This document shows positions 59,101-64,000 of a stretch of 64,000 bases of DNA, in pieces (position 1 is the stretch's first letter; each line of letters begins with the position of its first letter). The notes below the pieces were generated by a model. That model worked only from the letters and a program-made list of their open reading frames with translations, had not been told where the DNA came from and searched no databases. The stretch comes from Vulcanimicrobiota bacterium. Lineage in GTDB: Bacteria; Vulcanimicrobiota; Xenobia; Xenobiales; JADMJV01. The translations under genes were made by a program, and so were the position numbers. The stretch covers positions 30,462-94,461 of the forward strand of contig JBFWNU010000013.1 of assembly GCA_050250895.1 (NCBI GenBank), written 5' to 3'.

Positions 59101-62100
59101 GCTTCAATAGGGCCAGCTCGTCATCGAGCTGGATGGTTCGCAATTTGCGATCATGATCGTGTCGCATGGCCATCCAGCTTCAATAGGGCCAGCTCGTCAT
59201 CGAGCTGGATGGCTCACTGGGCTGCGCCGCATTGAACAGTTCTCGCTCACGCCGCTTCAATAGGGCCAGCTCGTCATCGAGCTGGATGGTGGGCTTGCCA
59301 TCGTGTCTCCTTAGAGTGGAATGTCGGCGCTTCAATAGGGCCAGCTCGTCATCGAGCTGGATGGTCGACAGACCGAGCGCATCAATCTCGACCAAGACGC
59401 CTGGCTTCAATAGGGCCAGCTCGTCATCGAGCTGGATGGCGCTGGCAGACTTCACCTCATTCAGCCTGCAGCGTGAAGCTTCAATAGGGCCAGCTCGTCA
59501 TCGAGCTGGATGGAAGTGATTCCGGCCGTTAGCAGGGTCTGGCAGCTTGAGCTTCAATAGGGCCAGCTCGTCATCGAGCTGGATGGTGCCCACCCAGACG
59601 GGTGGGATATTCGTCGTGCGAGTGCTTCAATAGGGCCAGCTCGTCATCGAGCTGGATGGCTCGACTCCTCTGACCCCAGATTGACCCCACCCGGGGTTAG
59701 CTTCAATAGGGCCAGCTCGTCATCGAGCTGGATGGGATGAGGGCCGCCCACCATCCAGCGGGGGCCCAAGAAGCTTCAATAGGGCCAGCTCGTCATCGAG
59801 CTGGATGGCAGGACCTTGACGGAGACCTCTCCCGCCAGCAAATCCGCGCTTCAATAGGGCCAGCTCGTCATCGAGCTGGATGGAGGTTAGGTCGTTCGCC
59901 TTCTGGATTGCCTCGAGCTTGGGCTTCAATAGGGCCAGCTCGTCATCGAGCTGGATGGCGCTCTATCTCGACGCGCGGCGCAAGGTTCTCCGAACCGCTT
60001 CAATAGGGCCAGCTCGTCATCGAGCTGGATGGCACCCGGACGTCAAGCGGCTCAAGAACTGGGTCTGGGAGCTTCAATAGGGCCAGCTCGTCATCGAGCT
60101 GGATGGCGTTGAACGCGTCGCGAACTTCCCGTGACTCAGAGGCCCAGCTTCAATAGGGCCAGCTCGTCATCGAGCTGGATGGCAAAGCGAGTTAGTCAAA
60201 GCTTTCGGTGCCATTGACGCGCTTCAATAGGGCCAGCTCGTCATCGAGCTGGATGGGGCTTAGCCCTTCCCTGGCCGTTACCGTCGCGAAATGAGCTTCA
60301 ATAGGGCCAGCTCGTCATCGAGCTGGATGGCCCAGGGCAGCAGGCCTTGCGAGGTATACGCACGTTGAGCTTCAATAGGGCCAGCTCGTCATCGAGCTGG
60401 ATGGCGCGGACCGACTCGGGCCGGCCCGTCCAGTTGGTGCCGCTTCAATAGGGCCAGCTCGTCATCGAGCTGGATGGTACGCCGTCCACGAGGGATTGTC
60501 GCCGGACTATATCGAGGCTTCAATAGGGCCAGCTCGTCATCGAGCTGGATGGTAGTCTGCCTGATGATACGTCTGGATGTTGGGATTGAGCAGCTTCAAT
60601 AGGGCCAGCTCGTCATCGAGCTGGATGGAGGCCAGACTACAGGAATTTGGAAGACGGAATTATTCCGCTTCAATAGGGCCAGCTCGTCATCGAGCTGGAT
60701 GGGCCGCGCGCGCGGAATGGAAAGCCCAGCGAGGCAATCTGGTGCTTCAATAGGGCCAGCTCGTCATCGAGCTGGATGGGGCTTAGCCCTTCCCTGGCCG
60801 TTACCGTCGCGAAATGAGCTTCAATAGGGCCAGCTCGTCATCGAGCTGGATGGAGGTAGTTGAGCGCGCGAAACCCGTCCCCAATGTCCGGAGCTTCAAT
60901 AGGGCCAGCTCGTCATCGAGCTGGATGGGACTTCATCCTCAACGACGACCTCATCACTATCGACCCTGCTTCAATAGGGCCAGCTCGTCATCGAGCTGGA
61001 TGGGCTCAAACCTCCCCTACGCTCGCATCCACCAACTTGGCGGCTTCAATAGGGCCAGCTCGTCATCGAGCTGGATGGCGCTTGCGTGAGGAGGTCGCGC
61101 CTCCCTTCAGCGGTCTTGCTTCAATAGGGCCAGCTCGTCATCGAGCTGGATGGGCCTGCTCCTCGTTGGCGTCGATGAGGAATTCCTCAATGCTTCAATA
61201 GGGCCAGCTCGTCATCGAGCTGGATGGGAAGACACTCGAGCGGCGACAGCGACTCAAGGCTGAAGAGCTTCAATAGGGCCAGCTCGTCATCGAGCTGGAT
61301 GGGTCAAGGTCATCCTGGGGGTTCTGCAAGCGGGAAAGCAATAGCTTCAATAGGGCCAGCTCGTCATCGAGCTGGATGGGACTCCGACATCGCTTCAGGG
61401 CCTAAGCTGACAGAGGGCGCTTCAATAGGGCCAGCTCGTCATCGAGCTGGATGGGGCGAACGACTTCGTTGCCTACAGGGTTGGAGAGCCCGGCTTCAAT
61501 AGGGCCAGCTCGTCATCGAGCTGGATGGATCTGGGTTTCCTCTTTCAGCCCCTGTGGGGCGGTTGCTTCAATAGGGCCAGCTCGTCATCGAGCTGGATGG
61601 GGGCCGTCTTCCTGGCCGTAAGCCCAGGCGATAGCATAAGCTTCAATAGGGCCAGCTCGTCATCGAGCTGGATGGTTTGCTTGAAGACATACTTTCTTTG
61701 TGGGTATAATACCGCTTCAATAGGGCCAGCTCGTCATCGAGCTGGATGGCGCCGGAATCCGTCGAAGAACCGTCCGCAGAATCGCTTCAATAGGGCCAGC
61801 TCGTCATCGAGCTGGATGGACCGCCTGAAAGCCGAGATTGAAGCGGCCCGGAAGTGGCTTCAATAGGGCCAGCTCGTCATCGAGCTGGATGGTCCCCGAG
61901 CTGCCGAACAGCCTCCGCGTCGCGCAGCTGCTTCAATAGGGCCAGCTCGTCATCGAGCTGGATGGGAGTAATGTGATTATGGAGTTTCATCGTCCTCAAG
62001 AAGCTTCAATAGGGCCAGCTCGTCATCGAGCTGGATGGAGCTCCAGGCGCGCCCATCGTCTGTCCCATAGCCGACTCGCTTCAATAGGGCCAGCTCGTCA

Positions 62101-64000
62101 TCGAGCTGGATGGCCGGCGTCGCCGAGAAGCTCCTGGCGGCCGGCGCCATACCCGCTTCAATAGGGCCAGCTCGTCATCGAGCTGGATGGGTCCTTGATG
62201 TCCTCGATGCGAGCATTGACATCCGTGATGCTTCAATAGGGCCAGCTCGTCATCGAGCTGGATGGAACGCTTTGAGCTTCGCCGACCGTCGACTGGTCGA
62301 ACTGGCTTCAATAGGGCCAGCTCGTCATCGAGCTGGATGGCCCGGCATATCCGGCAATGGCATCTATGCCAATACGGTCAACTAGCTTCAATAGGGCCAG
62401 CTCGTCATCGAGCTGGATGGATGATGGCAACGAAATATTCGTTGCCCATCTCGTCGATGGCTTCAATAGGGCCAGCTCGTCATCGAGCTGGATGGACGCG
62501 ACCTCCTTTCGAAGTCTGCGCAGGAGCTGCGCGATGCTTCAATAGGGCCAGCTCGTCATCGAGCTGGATGGCAGTCCCGGGTCTGGGCGAGGAGCGTCTG
62601 CCAGACCTCGCTTCAATAGGGCCAGCTCGTCATCGAGCTGGATGGTCGCTTTGGGGATGCTGGTGCCGTCGTAGGTCGGCGCGCTTCAATAGGGCCAGCT
62701 CGTCATCGAGCTGGATGGTGCAGACGTGGCCAACGGTCTCGGCCAGTTTGCTAATCGCCGCTTCAATAGGGCCAGCTCGTCATCGAGCTGGATGGCCCCT
62801 GTCCCCTCATTCAGGACGCGACCACAGCTAAAGCTTCAATAGGGCCAGCTCGTCATCGAGCTGGATGGGCCCCATCCCCTGGGGCCGCCCTTCCCACTAT
62901 CGAAAGGCTTCAATAGGGCCAGCTCGTCATCGAGCTGGATGGTCGTCCTGCTCCTCAGGGCTTAGGTAGGCGTGCTGAGACATGCTTCAATAGGGCCAGC
63001 TCGTCATCGAGCTGGATGGTTTGCTTGGTGTTTGATTCTGAGGAGGCGGCAGAGGACTGGGCTTCAATAGGGCCAGCTCGTCATCGAGCTGGATGGACAG
63101 CATCGAACGACTTGCCGACTCGTAAGGGCAGCCAAGCTTCAATAGGGCCAGCTCGTCATCGAGCTGGATGGTCCGCAAAGCGGTCAAGCGCGGCCGTCTC
63201 ACCCACCACAGGCTTCAATAGGGCCAGCTCGTCATCGAGCTGGATGGAAGCGGACCTCCCCGTTCCATGTCGCTCGGCTATCCATCGTGCTTCAATAGGG
63301 CCAGCTCGTCATCGAGCTGGATGGCTCGAGACACGCATCGACCCCTACCCCTCGGGGCTGGCCGCTTCAATAGGGCCAGCTCGTCATCGAGCTGGATGGG
63401 CCGTCCCTCAAGCTTTTTTTTGCGCCACAGGTTGAAGGCTTCAATAGGGCCAGCTCGTCATCGAGCTGGATGGGCCGAACTCCCCAACGACCCGGAATTC
63501 CGTCAGCGGTGGGCTTCAATAGGGCCAGCTCGTCATCGAGCTGGATGGGAAGGACTTCGCTGCTTGAAAGAGTTCCGAGGCAAGGCTTCAATAGGGCCAG
63601 CTCGTCATCGAGCTGGATGGCGGTAGTTCGGTCCTCCGGGCAGCACCGGCAGAAATGAGCTTCAATAGGGCCAGCTCGTCATCGAGCTGGATGGGCGGGC
63701 TTCGACAGTGACCCCTTCAAGGTCTTGAAGGTGCTTCAATAGGGCCAGCTCGTCATCGAGCTGGATGGCTCGCAGCTCAGAAGGCCGAGTTCTACCGCGT
63801 GATTGAAGCTTCAATAGGGCCAGCTCGTCATCGAGCTGGATGGGTCGAGAGAACCAAGCCCTCTCGCAGGCGTATCCACCCGCTTCAATAGGGCCAGCTC
63901 GTCATCGAGCTGGATGGGCTGGAACTTCGGGACCTCTTCGCAATTCGCCAAGCAGTTAGCTTCAATAGGGCCAGCTCGTCATCGAGCTGGATGGCTCGCC
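50169..64000 (-). CRISPR. Large CRISPR array (about 185 repeats in window, continues past the edge), type I-G/I-U-like repeat
   Basis: 36-bp repeat GCTTCAATAGGGCCAGCTCGTCATCGAGCTGGATGG with ~35-42-nt spacers; reverse complement ends ATTGAAGC; degenerate terminal repeat at 50169-50204 marks the trailer; count estimated from the ~74-bp period. Confidence 0.98.

Noticed and set aside
50690-63658. Dozens of short ORFs containing ASIGPARHRAGW, FNRASSSSSWM or IQLDDELALLK
   Set aside because: These are translations of the CRISPR repeat, not genes

Overview
GC-rich bacterial genomic window. The gene content (many minor-pilin cassettes, Hsp90-like paralogs, REC-TPR-BTAD regulator) suggests a Vulcanimicrobiota/Eremiobacterota-like organism, but that is inference only. 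1-50 kb is a mixed core/accessory region containing: an MvdD/MdnC-type ATP-grasp ligase with a nearby five-core, lysine-free microviridin-like precursor; proS and thrS; a five-gene cluster led by a large HExxH protein; a nucleotidyltransferase/small-protein pair between two tandem-repeat arrays; a Leu/Tyr/Ser tRNA cluster behind a leader peptide and terminator/antiterminator (attenuator-like); three PilX/PilW/PilV-type loci; two histidine kinases; an 11-residue-period RTX-like protein; an exported MsrA with an in-frame TGA at the catalytic Cys position plus a SECIS-like hairpin (selenoprotein); and a Ser/Thr kinase. From 50169 to the window end runs the trailer half of a very large CRISPR array (36-bp repeat, about 185 units estimated from the ~74-bp period, type I-G/I-U-like, no cas genes in the window). 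Strongest novelty candidates: the attenuated class-II tRNA cluster with a shared 14-bp promoter motif, the lactam-less multicore graspetide, and the exported Sec-MsrA.
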